Positions 1 through 9,945 of a stretch of 64,000 nucleotides of DNA are shown one piece after another; positions within the stretch are counted from its first letter, which is position 1; the number at the start of each line of letters is the position of its first letter. A program made the position numbers and the translations under genes. Source of the DNA: a virus; IMG/VR virus record IMGVR_UViG_3300044615_000494; one strand, 5' to 3'. The notes under the pieces are model-generated. The model did no database searches. It was not told the DNA's origin and saw only the letters and a list, made by a program, of their open reading frames with translations.

Positions 1-2
1 AA

Positions 3-185
3 AGAGTTGGTAGTGCAACAAGCGGAACAGCATCAGCAAGCGGTACTATAGGTGGATATGCTAGCAGTCCAACCAGTTATCCTTTCCCGGGTAAACTGAG
101 TTATTTCACTGTACACAATCGTGAACTTACTGCTAATGAAGTATATCAAAATTTCATGGCACAAAGAGGCAAGTACGGGGTATAA
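3..185 (+). CDS. LamG/concanavalin A-like protein, C-terminal fragment (5' truncated by window)
   Basis: Open frame from window edge reading ...FTVHNRELTANEVYQNFMAQRGKYGV*, the same C-terminal motif as downstream paralogs. Confidence 0.8.
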   Translation, partial: RVGSATSGTASASGTIGGYASSPTSYPFPGKLSYFTVHNRELTANEVYQNFMAQRGKYGV

Positions 186-186
186 T

Positions 187-864
187 ATGGCACTAGGACA
201 TAATCCATCAATCATTACTAGTAATCTTTTATACTGCATTGATGCCGGTAATGCTAGGTCGTATCCCGGCACAGGCACAACTGTTTATGATGTGACGACT
301 AGTGGTTATAACGGAACTCTTACTAACGGTCCTACATATACTAGCGGAACGAACGGATATTTTACTTTTGATAATGTTGATGACTACATCTCATTGCCTT
401 TCGCACCACCTAGAACTAATCTACCTTTTAGTTTTTTTAGTTGGGTCTATTTAAATTCTACCCCAGGAGCAGGAATAACAAATGGTATATGGGGTCATTA
501 TGGTGTCAGTGGAGTCAACTGTCATTTTGAAATATATACAACTTACACAAGAATACGATTAGGTGATATAAACAATAGTTCTCTTGCTGTATTTCCCGCA
601 GGGGCTTGGACATATGCCGGCTTCACCACTACAGGAACAGAACATAAATATTATGTGAATGGTAGTTTGAGTGCTACTTGGAGTGGTGCGCAGGGCGCAG
701 TATTAGGTAATCCAGGGGGAGACCCTATACAGATGATAGGTCGCTCTGATGCAGGGAGAACATGGAATGGTAGGATCTCTTACGCTACACTCTATCTTGC
801 TACATTAACTGATAGTCAAATATTAACAAATTATAATGCGTTGCGTGGGAGATATGGCGTATGA
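187..864 (+). CDS. LamG/concanavalin A-like lectin-fold virion accessory protein
   Basis: DAGNARSYPGTGTTVYD...YFTFDNVDDYI...YNALRGRYGV; start placed at ATG 187 just after upstream stop. Confidence 0.85.
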   Translation: MALGHNPSIITSNLLYCIDAGNARSYPGTGTTVYDVTTSGYNGTLTNGPTYTSGTNGYFTFDNVDDYISLPFAPPRTNLPFSFFSWVYLNSTPGAGITNGIWGHYGVSGVNCHFEIYTTYTRIRLGDINNSSLAVFPAGAWTYAGFTTTGTEHKYYVNGSLSATWSGAQGAVLGNPGGDPIQMIGRSDAGRTWNGRISYATLYLATLTDSQILTNYNALRGRYGV

Positions 865-1055
865 CAGAATTAATAACTGATGTACTTGTTTGTCAAGAAG
901 ATCAGCGCACAGCAAGAATAGCAATTTGTACAACATGCGAGATGTATGTGTATGATGAAACTGCTATGTATGGGCGTTGCACTATGAGCGATAATAAACC
1001 TGTGCCGGTATTAGGTACACTATTAAATGAGGTATGTCCACTTAATAAGTGGTAA
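861..1055 (+). CDS. small Cys-rich protein (CxxC...C...CPLNKW)
   Basis: ATGA overlap with upstream gene; R-x-x-IC-x-x-C and CPxxKW motif. Confidence 0.65.
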   Translation: MTELITDVLVCQEDQRTARIAICTTCEMYVYDETAMYGRCTMSDNKPVPVLGTLLNEVCPLNKW

Positions 1056-1063
1056 ATAATTAT

Positions 1064-1774
1064 ATGAGCATAGGCTATAATCCATCAATCGCAACATCAG
1101 GTATAAGATTTTATTATGATGCTGCCAACCCACGCAGTTATCCTGGATCAGGAACTACGTTAACAGATATAAGCGGTAATGGTTTTAATGGCAGTCTTAC
1201 TAATGGCGTAGGATATAGTAGTAGCAATTTAGGTTCATTAGTTATGGATGGTGTAGACGATATTATATATGCACCATCAGTCAATACTATAGGTGCTATC
1301 CCAAATCAAACATACGAGATATGGGTTAAGAGCCCGGGTTTAGGTTCAGGAAAATACGTAGGTGGATTGATATGTCCTGATTACGGACAAATATCATATA
1401 TAGGGCCTGGTGGATCGATAACATATTATATATATAATACTGATGCATGGCCCTCAGCATCTTATATTGTTAGTTTACAAACTACAGGCGTTAACTGTTT
1501 TGACAATCAATGGCATCATATAGTATGCACTAGAAATAGCACTGATGCATTAATTTATGTAGACAATGTAGTGAGAGCATCTGGTTCCGGCGGCGGATCT
1601 TGGTCTGGGGCAACTATCTGGAGTAGTATGGCAATTTCTATAGGTAATAATCCAAATGATGTTTATTACAATCTGTTAGGAAATATTGCAGTAGCAAAAA
1701 TATACAACACTTATTTTACAGCAGCGAATGTAAGTCAAAACTTTAATGCACTGCGCGGGAGATTTGGTATATGA
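1064..1774 (+). CDS. LamG/concanavalin A-like protein
   Basis: YYDAANPRSYPGSGTTLTDISGNG...WHHIVCT...NFNALRGRFGI. Confidence 0.85.
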   Translation: MSIGYNPSIATSGIRFYYDAANPRSYPGSGTTLTDISGNGFNGSLTNGVGYSSSNLGSLVMDGVDDIIYAPSVNTIGAIPNQTYEIWVKSPGLGSGKYVGGLICPDYGQISYIGPGGSITYYIYNTDAWPSASYIVSLQTTGVNCFDNQWHHIVCTRNSTDALIYVDNVVRASGSGGGSWSGATIWSSMAISIGNNPNDVYYNLLGNIAVAKIYNTYFTAANVSQNFNALRGRFGI

Positions 1775-3096
1775 GTGTAACAACAGGTCCTAATTTTGCA
1801 AGTACTAGCGGATTAGCATTAATGCTAGATGCTACCAATCCACAATCGATTGTAGGTAATCGTTCAATTATTAATTGGAATAACTGGACTACAGGTTCAG
1901 GCGGTGTTACTGGATATAATCAAAACGGTCAAACAGCAGAAAATGAAAGAGTAGTTGCAAGCAATCCTTGGGGAAACAATGCTGTAGTTTGGGAAGCAAG
2001 ACCATTGGCACAAACAAATGATGACGGTGGCTGGAATACAGACTCATTTAATATTGATAACACACAAATGTATCGTTATTCTGTATGGGTTCGCAGAACA
2101 TCAAGTACATCAGGTGGCACATTTTATTTCGGAATGTATGCTAATGGTGATGGCTCGCGCCGCATGGATAACAGTACAGTAGAAGGAAACGCCTACTGGG
2201 AATGTAGTGGTACAGGTTTACTAACACAGAATCAATGGTATTTGTGGGTAGGACATGTATACCCAGCAAATACAACTTACACAGGAAGAAATCCCAACAC
2301 CGGTTATTATACTACTAACGGTAGAGTAGGAGATATTAACGGTTGTAATATTGGCACCGGCGACTTAAAGTGGAGTTATAATTCTACAACGGGTGTACAT
2401 AGAACCTATTTGTATTATTGCGCAGATAACACCACAAGATTGCAATTCTATCAACCAAGAGTAGACTTATGTGACGGCACTGAACCTAGTATCGAAGAAT
2501 TACTACAGAATGCAGGCAATATTTGGTATGACATAAGTGGTAATAAAAACAACTGTACATTTTTAGATTTACCTTCTGCTAACACAGGTTACTATACATT
2601 TAACGGTACTAGTAATTATGGTAGCATTACAAATAATAGTACATTAAACTTTGCATCAGCACAAACATTACAGATAGTTATGCGTCACACGTATACAGTA
2701 GGTAGACGTAATCCATGGAATCAAGCATATGCCGGTTATGGTACATGGACTCATGAACAAGGCGAAAATATAAGTCAGTATTTCGGTAATGGTGGAGGAG
2801 ATAACACTCCATATATAGGTGTAACTAGTCCTAATACTCCTAGAAGTGTTTGGAATGTAATGTGTGCTACAAGAAGTACGAGCGAATTCAAATGGTTTAT
2901 CAATGGTAGTTTAAGTAGCACTACTGCTAATCCATATGGTACATTAGCAAACACAAGTGCTAATATATTGATAGGCAATGGATACGCAGGTTATTGGCAA
3001 GGTGATATGTCTATGGTTACTGCATATACTAGAGCCTTAACAGACAGTGAAGTAGCACAGAATTTTAATGCTATTCGCGGGAGATTTGGTATATGA
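1771..3096 (+). CDS. LamG-like protein with a large internal inserted domain
   Basis: LamG N-terminus, ~220 aa insert, then WYDISGNKN...NFNAIRGRFGI. Confidence 0.8.
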   Translation: MSVTTGPNFASTSGLALMLDATNPQSIVGNRSIINWNNWTTGSGGVTGYNQNGQTAENERVVASNPWGNNAVVWEARPLAQTNDDGGWNTDSFNIDNTQMYRYSVWVRRTSSTSGGTFYFGMYANGDGSRRMDNSTVEGNAYWECSGTGLLTQNQWYLWVGHVYPANTTYTGRNPNTGYYTTNGRVGDINGCNIGTGDLKWSYNSTTGVHRTYLYYCADNTTRLQFYQPRVDLCDGTEPSIEELLQNAGNIWYDISGNKNNCTFLDLPSANTGYYTFNGTSNYGSITNNSTLNFASAQTLQIVMRHTYTVGRRNPWNQAYAGYGTWTHEQGENISQYFGNGGGDNTPYIGVTSPNTPRSVWNVMCATRSTSEFKWFINGSLSSTTANPYGTLANTSANILIGNGYAGYWQGDMSMVTAYTRALTDSEVAQNFNAIRGRFGI

Positions 3097-3836
3097 GTGT
3101 CAATCTAGGACCAGACATTATAGAGACAGGCTTGATACTGTCTTATGATGCTATGAACCCACGAAGTTATCCGGGCTCTGGTTCTACATGGTATGATGTT
3201 AGTGGATTCGATAATCACGGGTCTATAAGCAATGGTGAATATAGCAATGGTTGGTTACAAAATAGTGGCAACGTAAGTAGTTTCTTTTATATTTCTACAG
3301 GTAATAGCAGTTCTTTGAACTCAGCGTTTAGTACAACAACTGGCGGCTGGACTATTGAAGAATCAGTATTGACTTACTCAACTAATTATCCAGAAGCAGA
3401 TGCAGGTACAGTTAGCAGCGGTGACGCATACTCGCCAGGTAATACAGGTTTTGACTGGCAGCATGGATATGGGGTCACACAATTTCAGATGGGTATGAGT
3501 AGCAATTCCGGTGGAGCATATGAAGATACCTGCCTATATACTGTACCAAGTCCTTACAATGCTTTTAATGTTTGGCGACTAAGGACTATGGTGTGGAATA
3601 GAGGTGCGAACACATTCGCGTTTTATATCAATGGTGGATTGGTGGGTTCTTCTAGTACACCTAACACATCAGGCACAAGCGTATATGATGGTGGTGGGGT
3701 GAGTTGGGGAACATTGTATGGTTGGAAGTTTTTTGGTAGACGCAGTACAATCAAAGTTTATAACGTTGCGTTGACCGCTGCACAAGTCAGCACGAATTGG
3801 AGTGCATGGCAAGGTAGATATGGGGTAAATGTATGA
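3093..3836 (+). CDS. LamG/concanavalin A-like protein
   Basis: YDAMNPRSYPGSGSTWYDVSG...WQGRYGV; ATGA coupling. Confidence 0.85.
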   Translation: MSVNLGPDIIETGLILSYDAMNPRSYPGSGSTWYDVSGFDNHGSISNGEYSNGWLQNSGNVSSFFYISTGNSSSLNSAFSTTTGGWTIEESVLTYSTNYPEADAGTVSSGDAYSPGNTGFDWQHGYGVTQFQMGMSSNSGGAYEDTCLYTVPSPYNAFNVWRLRTMVWNRGANTFAFYINGGLVGSSSTPNTSGTSVYDGGGVSWGTLYGWKFFGRRSTIKVYNVALTAAQVSTNWSAWQGRYGVNV

Positions 3837-4585
3837 GTGTTTATGCAGGTCCAGATTATAGAAACTATAAAACGGCCAGTGAACTATTGTCCGCCTTTCC
3901 ACAACTAGCAGGTAGAGACAATTACTATATGTTGTATCCACAAGGCCCTAGCAGTAACGGCGTATTGACCTGGTGTGATATGACCACTGACGGCGGCGGC
4001 TGGATGATGATAGCACGTAGCCATCCTTCTACTATAAATTATGGCAGCACTAACTGGGGCTGGCGTGGTGGCGCGATAGGTGATGTTAAAGATTTTAGTC
4101 AAGCATATCAGTTAGGTTGGTTCACTTATTTTTATAATAATACTACATTCTCAAGTTTTATATTTGGCAACAGAGGAAACTATTACAACAATACTTGGGG
4201 ATATTTTATCTACAAAAGATTTGGATTTACATACAATGATTTGATGAATAGTGACACACAACAAGGGGCTTCAGCATCGACACTACAATCTAATACTAGT
4301 GTTTATGGTGACTCAGGTTTTCCGGGAATGCAAAGTGCTATAGGATTTGCCACTTCAGCCACTAGTAGTAACTTTTATTATATGCGTGATTGTTGCGGAT
4401 TCGCAGGTTACGGAGCCTATCCTACTTCAATGGTCACAACATATTGCGGAGCGAATTTCTATTATGCAGGCCCCTGGTGCGGTGGGTCATCTACAGATGG
4501 AAGCGGAAATTTCTTGGCAAATAGTTACGTGTCTAATGGATTGACATATGGCGGAACTAATCAATATATGATCATGGTGAAATAA
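3833..4585 (+). CDS. fibrinogen C-terminal-like domain protein
   Basis: TWCDMTTDGGGWMMIAR is the typical FReD N-terminal signature. Confidence 0.7.
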   Translation: MSVYAGPDYRNYKTASELLSAFPQLAGRDNYYMLYPQGPSSNGVLTWCDMTTDGGGWMMIARSHPSTINYGSTNWGWRGGAIGDVKDFSQAYQLGWFTYFYNNTTFSSFIFGNRGNYYNNTWGYFIYKRFGFTYNDLMNSDTQQGASASTLQSNTSVYGDSGFPGMQSAIGFATSATSSNFYYMRDCCGFAGYGAYPTSMVTTYCGANFYYAGPWCGGSSTDGSGNFLANSYVSNGLTYGGTNQYMIMVK

Positions 4586-4586
4586 T

Positions 4587-4847
4587 ATGCAATATAATCT
4601 TTATATAGAAACTACTCAAGGTATGAAGAACGCTATGGTTGATAGTCCCCATGTATTCGCTGGTGCGCCTTTTGGTTATGTTCCTTATCGTAAGTCAGGT
4701 TCATGCGAACTTGATCAGACAATAATCGATGATTTCTGGCGCTGTGTTGATATAGTGCTTGAACAAAATGAATTAACAGCAGATGATTTCATACGAGCAG
4801 TAAGAGCGTTTGGTAATAGCAATATGTACGGTGAGATAAACAATTGA
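4587..4847 (+). CDS. hypothetical protein
   Basis: 86 aa ORF packed 1 nt after upstream stop. Confidence 0.6.
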   Translation: MQYNLYIETTQGMKNAMVDSPHVFAGAPFGYVPYRKSGSCELDQTIIDDFWRCVDIVLEQNELTADDFIRAVRAFGNSNMYGEINN

Positions 4848-4857
4848 TAAGTACAAT

Positions 4858-5298
4858 GTGACTAACATTTTCTTGTTCGATTACGAACTTAGACTTAAGA
4901 CCTGGGCTGAATTAAGGGATACTATAAAAGACTTGGATGTTGCCCAGCAGTGCATAGAGATAGATAGATTCTGGCAAAGAGCCCCAATCAGTAATTATTA
5001 TTTACATACTGATTATATAAAAGACTGGCCTGACCCGTGGCAACTACTAGCAGATAACAACTTTTGTTATTACGCTAGAGCATTGGGTATGATTTATACC
5101 TTTTTACTCACGGGCACCAAAAATCTTGAACTTGTCCTAGCAAAAGACGATAATAGCAATGAAGTGGTATTAGTCCTTGTCGATGACGCAAAATATGTGT
5201 TGAATTACTGGCCCGAGACAGTAGTAAATAATCACATCAGCGATTTTACGATAATTAAGACATTCGATATATCACCACTGACTGCTAAGATAGGTTAA
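4858..5298 (+). CDS. hypothetical phage protein
   Basis: 146 aa ORF abutting nrdA; TAAGTA 4 nt before GTG start. Confidence 0.7.
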   Translation: MTNIFLFDYELRLKTWAELRDTIKDLDVAQQCIEIDRFWQRAPISNYYLHTDYIKDWPDPWQLLADNNFCYYARALGMIYTFLLTGTKNLELVLAKDDNSNEVVLVLVDDAKYVLNYWPETVVNNHISDFTIIKTFDISPLTAKIG

Positions 5299-5300
5299 CA

Positions 5301-7613
5301 ATGAAAATAAATGTAATAAAAAGGTCTGGAAAGACAGAACCACTCGCCGTTGAAAAATGGCAACAACAAGTAGCAAAAGTATGTAATGGAATAGCAGACA
5401 TCTCTCAGTCCATGATTGAGATCAAAGCACAGCCCCACTTTTATGACGGTATAACCACAAGAACTATTGATGAGATCACTCTACGCGCCATAGTAGACCT
5501 TATCGATATCGAACATAATCCAGATGTAGGACATACTAATTATCAATATGTTGCTGGTAAGCAACGTCTTAGCATGTTACGTAAAGATGTCTATGGGCAG
5601 TATAATCCTCCACACTTGTTTCAGATAGTAAAAAAGAACATAGAGTCCGGACTCTATACCAGCGAATTACTTGATTGGTATAGTGAAGATGATTGGAATA
5701 AGATGGAAGAATTCATCGATCATGAGAAAGATGAACAATACAGTTATGCCGCTATTGAACAATTGATTGAGAAATATCTTGTACGCAACCGTGCTACAAA
5801 AGAGATTTATGAGACTCCCCAAGTTCGCTATATGGTCGCTGCCGCGACTGTGATGCACAAAGAAGATAAGAGTCAAAGACTAAAATATGTAAAGGAATAC
5901 TATAATGCTTCTAGTGATGGTTTGTTCACTCTTGCTACTCCTGTACTCGCTGGCCTCGGAACACCGACCAAACAGTTTAGTTCTTGCGTTCTTATCCGTA
6001 GTGATGATGACCTTGACAGCATTTTTGCATCAGGTGAGATGATGGCTAAGTATGCTAGCAAACGCGCTGGCATTGGCCTTGAGATAGGTAGATTGCGCCC
6101 ATTAGGTAGTCCTATACGCGGTGGCGAAGTTATGCACACGGGAATGATACCTTTCTTGAAGAAGTGGTTCGGAGATTTACGCAGTTGTTCACAAGGAGGT
6201 ATTAGAAATGCAAGTGCTACAGTATTTTATCCCATTTGGCATTATCAGTTTGATGATCTTATTGTTCTTAAGAACAATCAAGGAACCGAAGAAACCCGAG
6301 TCCGTCATATGGATTATGGGGTTGTGCTTAGTAGTTTCTTCTGGAGACGATTCAAAAACAGAGAAAACATAACATTTTTTGACCCCAACGAAGTTCCAGA
6401 CTTATACGAAGCATTCTATTCAGATTGCGCGAAGTTTGAAGAACTTTACGTCAAATATGAGAAACGTAAAGATTTACGCAAGAAAACCATGAATGCTGAA
6501 GATGTGTTCAAGGGTGGCATATTAAAAGAAAGAACTGACACGGGACGTATCTATTTGGTATTCATAGATAATGTCATGAACCAAGGGCCGTTCGACCCGG
6601 AATACCATACAATTTATCAAAGTAACCTTTGCTGTGAAATTCTGCTTCCTACTAAATCTTTTAAGCGTCTTGACGATCATAACGGTCGAATTGCACTTTG
6701 CACTCTGGGGTCCATTAACTGGGGCGCATTCAGAAACCCTGAAGATATGCGTAGAGCTTGCCGCGTTCTACAGCGTAGCCTATGCAACATACTGGACTAC
6801 CAAGATTTCTTAAGCATACAAAGTAAACTAAGCAATGATGAGATTCAACCATTAGGCATTGGTGTAACTAATCTAGCATACTGGCATGCCAAACGCGGAA
6901 TGCGATATGGTGAGAAAGATAGTTTGCAAGAAGTTAAGACTTGGATGGAACATCAGGCATTTTATCTCACAGAAGCAACAGTTGAACTTGCTAAAGAGCG
7001 CGGCAAGTGTGTAGATAGTGACAAGACACGTTATGGTCAAGGTAAGTTTCCATGGGAGTTACGTGCTAAAGGCGTGAATGAACTTGCTAATTTCACCCCT
7101 GAACTCGACTGGGAATCGTTGAGAAAGGAAATGAAACAACATGGGGTACGAAACGCAACACTTATGGCCATTGCTCCTGTTGAGTCTAGTTCTGTGGTTA
7201 TTAATAGTACTAATGGTATTGAGATGCCTATGTCACTTATCTCAGTTAAGGAGAGCAAGGCTGGATCTTTTACACAAGTTGTACCCGAATATCAAAAGTT
7301 AAAAAATAAATATGAGTTGATGTGGGAACAGAAAGATTGTTTAGGTTATATCAAGACCTCAGCAGTATTGGCAGCATACGTAGATCAAAGTATATCAACA
7401 AACACATTCTACAATCCCGCACATTTTACAGATCGCAAAGTTCCTACTACGTTGATAGCAAAGAATTTAATGCTGGCTCATCAATATGGATTGAAGACTT
7501 TCTATTACAGCCTCATCAATAAGGCTGGGTCTAGAGTTGTAGAAGAAAGCCATGAAGTTGTTAAACAAGAAGTATTTGAAGAAGATGGCGATTGCGAGTC
7601 TTGCAAACTTTAA
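5301..7613 (+). CDS. nrdA: ribonucleotide reductase class Ia alpha subunit with N-terminal ATP cone
   Basis: VIKRSG ATP cone, TPVLAG, SSCVL, QSNLCCEI, LKTFYY, C-terminal CESCKL. Confidence 0.97.
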   Translation: MKINVIKRSGKTEPLAVEKWQQQVAKVCNGIADISQSMIEIKAQPHFYDGITTRTIDEITLRAIVDLIDIEHNPDVGHTNYQYVAGKQRLSMLRKDVYGQYNPPHLFQIVKKNIESGLYTSELLDWYSEDDWNKMEEFIDHEKDEQYSYAAIEQLIEKYLVRNRATKEIYETPQVRYMVAAATVMHKEDKSQRLKYVKEYYNASSDGLFTLATPVLAGLGTPTKQFSSCVLIRSDDDLDSIFASGEMMAKYASKRAGIGLEIGRLRPLGSPIRGGEVMHTGMIPFLKKWFGDLRSCSQGGIRNASATVFYPIWHYQFDDLIVLKNNQGTEETRVRHMDYGVVLSSFFWRRFKNRENITFFDPNEVPDLYEAFYSDCAKFEELYVKYEKRKDLRKKTMNAEDVFKGGILKERTDTGRIYLVFIDNVMNQGPFDPEYHTIYQSNLCCEILLPTKSFKRLDDHNGRIALCTLGSINWGAFRNPEDMRRACRVLQRSLCNILDYQDFLSIQSKLSNDEIQPLGIGVTNLAYWHAKRGMRYGEKDSLQEVKTWMEHQAFYLTEATVELAKERGKCVDSDKTRYGQGKFPWELRAKGVNELANFTPELDWESLRKEMKQHGVRNATLMAIAPVESSSVVINSTNGIEMPMSLISVKESKAGSFTQVVPEYQKLKNKYELMWEQKDCLGYIKTSAVLAAYVDQSISTNTFYNPAHFTDRKVPTTLIAKNLMLAHQYGLKTFYYSLINKAGSRVVEESHEVVKQEVFEEDGDCESCKL

Positions 7614-7627
7614 GAAAGGATGATATA

Positions 7628-8008
7628 ATGGCTTATAGTTCACAAGTAGTAGATCATTATGAAAACCCAAGAAATGTGGGTAGTTTTGATAAATCCGATA
7701 CTGGTGTTGGTACTGGTATGGTTGGCGCACCTGCTTGCGGTGACGTTATGAAATTACAGATAAAGGTTGACAATGATACAGGTATTATTACAGACGCTAA
7801 ATTTAAAACGTACGGCTGCGGCTCGGCAATCGCGAGTTCCAGTCTTGTTACAGAGTGGGTCAAAGGAAAAACCCTTGACGAAGCCGGAGAAATTAAAAAT
7901 AGCCAAATTGCTGAGGAGTTAGCATTGCCTCCAGTCAAGATACATTGTAGCATTTTAGCCGAAGATGCTATCAAGGCAGCGATAGAAGATTACAAAAAGA
8001 AACACTAA
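7628..8008 (+). CDS. iscU: Fe-S cluster scaffold protein
   Basis: MAYSSQVVDHYENPRNVG, GAPACGDVM, FKTYGCGSAIASSS, LPPVKIHCSILAEDAI. Confidence 0.97.
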   Translation: MAYSSQVVDHYENPRNVGSFDKSDTGVGTGMVGAPACGDVMKLQIKVDNDTGIITDAKFKTYGCGSAIASSSLVTEWVKGKTLDEAGEIKNSQIAEELALPPVKIHCSILAEDAIKAAIEDYKKKH

Positions 8009-8009
8009 T

Positions 8010-9110
8010 ATGAGCAAAGAACAATATAATTTAAAAACAAAAACAGATTATTCTAGTCGTAAAATGTTCTTGGACAAAGAGGGTCCAGTAACAATTCAAC
8101 GTTTTGAAGAAGTCAAGTATCCCAAATTACAAAAACTAGAACAGACGGCTCGTGGTTTCTTTTGGGTACCCGAAGAAGTTAGTTTGACAAAAGATGCCAA
8201 CGATTTCAAAGATGCAACAGATGCCGTCAAACATATCTTCACAAGCAATCTATTACGCCAGACAGCACTTGACAGTTTACAAGGACGTGGGCCCAGTCAG
8301 ATATTCACTCCGGTCGTCAGCCTACCTGAGTTAGAAGCATTGATGTTCAATTGGAGTTTCTTTGAGACAAACATCCATAGCCGCAGTTACAGTCACATCA
8401 TTCGTAACATCTATAATGTGCCCAAGGATGTGTTCAACACAATCCACGACACTAAAGAAATTGTAGACATGGCATCAAGTGTAGGCGACTACTATGAAAA
8501 ATTACACCAATTAAATTGCTTCAAAGAAACAGGCACAGAAGTTGCCGAGAGTCATCACATCAAGGCTATATGGCTAGCACTCAACGCAAGTTATGCATTA
8601 GAAGCATTTAGATTCATGGTTAGTTTTGCTACAAGTTTAGCAATGGTTGAGAATAAAATCTTTATCGGTAACGGGAATATCATCAGTCTCATCTTACAAG
8701 ATGAGATCATGCATAAAGATTGGACTGCATATATGATCAATCAAGTGGTTAAAGAAGATAATAGATTCGCAAGAGCAAAGCAAGAGTGCGAACAAGAAGT
8801 ATATACATTGTATATGGATGTCATTCGCGAAGAGAAAGAATGGGCAGACTACTTGTTCAAGAAAGGCAGCGTTATCGGTCTTAACGCTAACATATTGAAG
8901 GACTTTGTTGACTACACAGCCAACACAGCACTTAAAGAAGTCGGTATCAAATATCAAAGCCCTGCACCTAAAAACACGCCGATACCCTGGTTCAATAAAC
9001 ATAGCGAGACCAGTAAAAAGCAGACGGCATTACAGGAAAATGAGAGTACGAATTACGTGATTGGGGTCATGAGCGACCAATTAAATTACGACGACCTACC
9101 TTCCCTGTAA
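8010..9110 (+). CDS. nrdB: ribonucleotide reductase class Ia beta subunit
   Basis: FFWVPEEV, ETNIHSRSY, EAFRFMVSF, QDEIMH, QENESTNY. Confidence 0.97.
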   Translation: MSKEQYNLKTKTDYSSRKMFLDKEGPVTIQRFEEVKYPKLQKLEQTARGFFWVPEEVSLTKDANDFKDATDAVKHIFTSNLLRQTALDSLQGRGPSQIFTPVVSLPELEALMFNWSFFETNIHSRSYSHIIRNIYNVPKDVFNTIHDTKEIVDMASSVGDYYEKLHQLNCFKETGTEVAESHHIKAIWLALNASYALEAFRFMVSFATSLAMVENKIFIGNGNIISLILQDEIMHKDWTAYMINQVVKEDNRFARAKQECEQEVYTLYMDVIREEKEWADYLFKKGSVIGLNANILKDFVDYTANTALKEVGIKYQSPAPKNTPIPWFNKHSETSKKQTALQENESTNYVIGVMSDQLNYDDLPSL

Positions 9111-9134
9111 TATATAATACACAAGGAGAAAAAT

Positions 9135-9359
9135 ATGAAGGCTGTAATTTGGAGTAAGGATTACTGCGGTTTTTGTGACCGCGCAAAAAGATTGCTAGAA
9201 CAAAAGGGCATCACTTACGAAGAACGTAAGATTGGTAGCGGATATACTAAAGAACAGTTATTAGAAGCAGTTCCCTCAGCAAGAACAGTTCCGCAGATAT
9301 TCATAGACGATGAATATGTCGGTGGTTTCACTGAACTACAACAGAAATTTGGAGCATAA
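9135..9359 (+). CDS. grx: glutaredoxin
   Basis: CGFC active site, TVPQIFI, VGGF; directly after nrdB. Confidence 0.93.
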   Translation: MKAVIWSKDYCGFCDRAKRLLEQKGITYEERKIGSGYTKEQLLEAVPSARTVPQIFIDDEYVGGFTELQQKFGA

Positions 9360-9360
9360 T

Positions 9361-9660
9361 ATGGATATCAACAAAAACGAAACATACACATTTAAGTTAA
9401 ACAGCGGTGAAGAATTAGTCGCTAAAGTGATAGAGGTTAAAGATAATTACGTCATAGTGTCTAGCCCGGTTTCAGTAGCCCCGGGTCCTCAAGGAATGGG
9501 GTTGATGCCCAGTTTGTTCACTAACGACCAGCGTGGAAATGTCAGACTAAATACTAATAGCATTGCTCTAGTTGCGGATACAGAAGAGGCAGTCAAGATG
9601 AAGTACATCGAAGCGACTACCGGAATCAGTGTCCCTTCTAAGAAAATGATATTAGGATGA
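9361..9660 (+). CDS. hypothetical phage protein (small beta-rich fold)
   Basis: TFKLNSGEELVAKV motif; tight packing. Confidence 0.7.
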   Translation: MDINKNETYTFKLNSGEELVAKVIEVKDNYVIVSSPVSVAPGPQGMGLMPSLFTNDQRGNVRLNTNSIALVADTEEAVKMKYIEATTGISVPSKKMILG

Positions 9661-9663
9661 TAC

Positions 9664-9942
9664 ATGCCACAATTAAGTCGCAAGGGTGATAAAAATACTA
9701 CAGGAGGAAAGATTGTACGCGGAGCCGAGACGGTATTCTGTAACAATATTGCTGTAGGTCTACATAAGAGCGACATCACCCCGCACGATCCAAAAAAGAA
9801 TAAGAAGCCGCACCAAGCGGCTAAAACCACTGACGGTAGTCCTACAGTATTCGCAGAACACTCTCCTGTGCTTAGAGTTGGCAGCGGAAACGACTGCGGA
9901 CATAAGATAGTTCAGGGTAGCGATAACGTGTATGTCGAGTAA
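9664..9942 (+). CDS. PAAR-like tail spike tip protein
   Basis: SRKGD...H..PH...H...GSPTVFAE..PVLRVG...CGHKIVQGSDNVYV. Confidence 0.85.
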   Translation: MPQLSRKGDKNTTGGKIVRGAETVFCNNIAVGLHKSDITPHDPKKNKKPHQAAKTTDGSPTVFAEHSPVLRVGSGNDCGHKIVQGSDNVYVE

Positions 9943-9945
9943 GTC

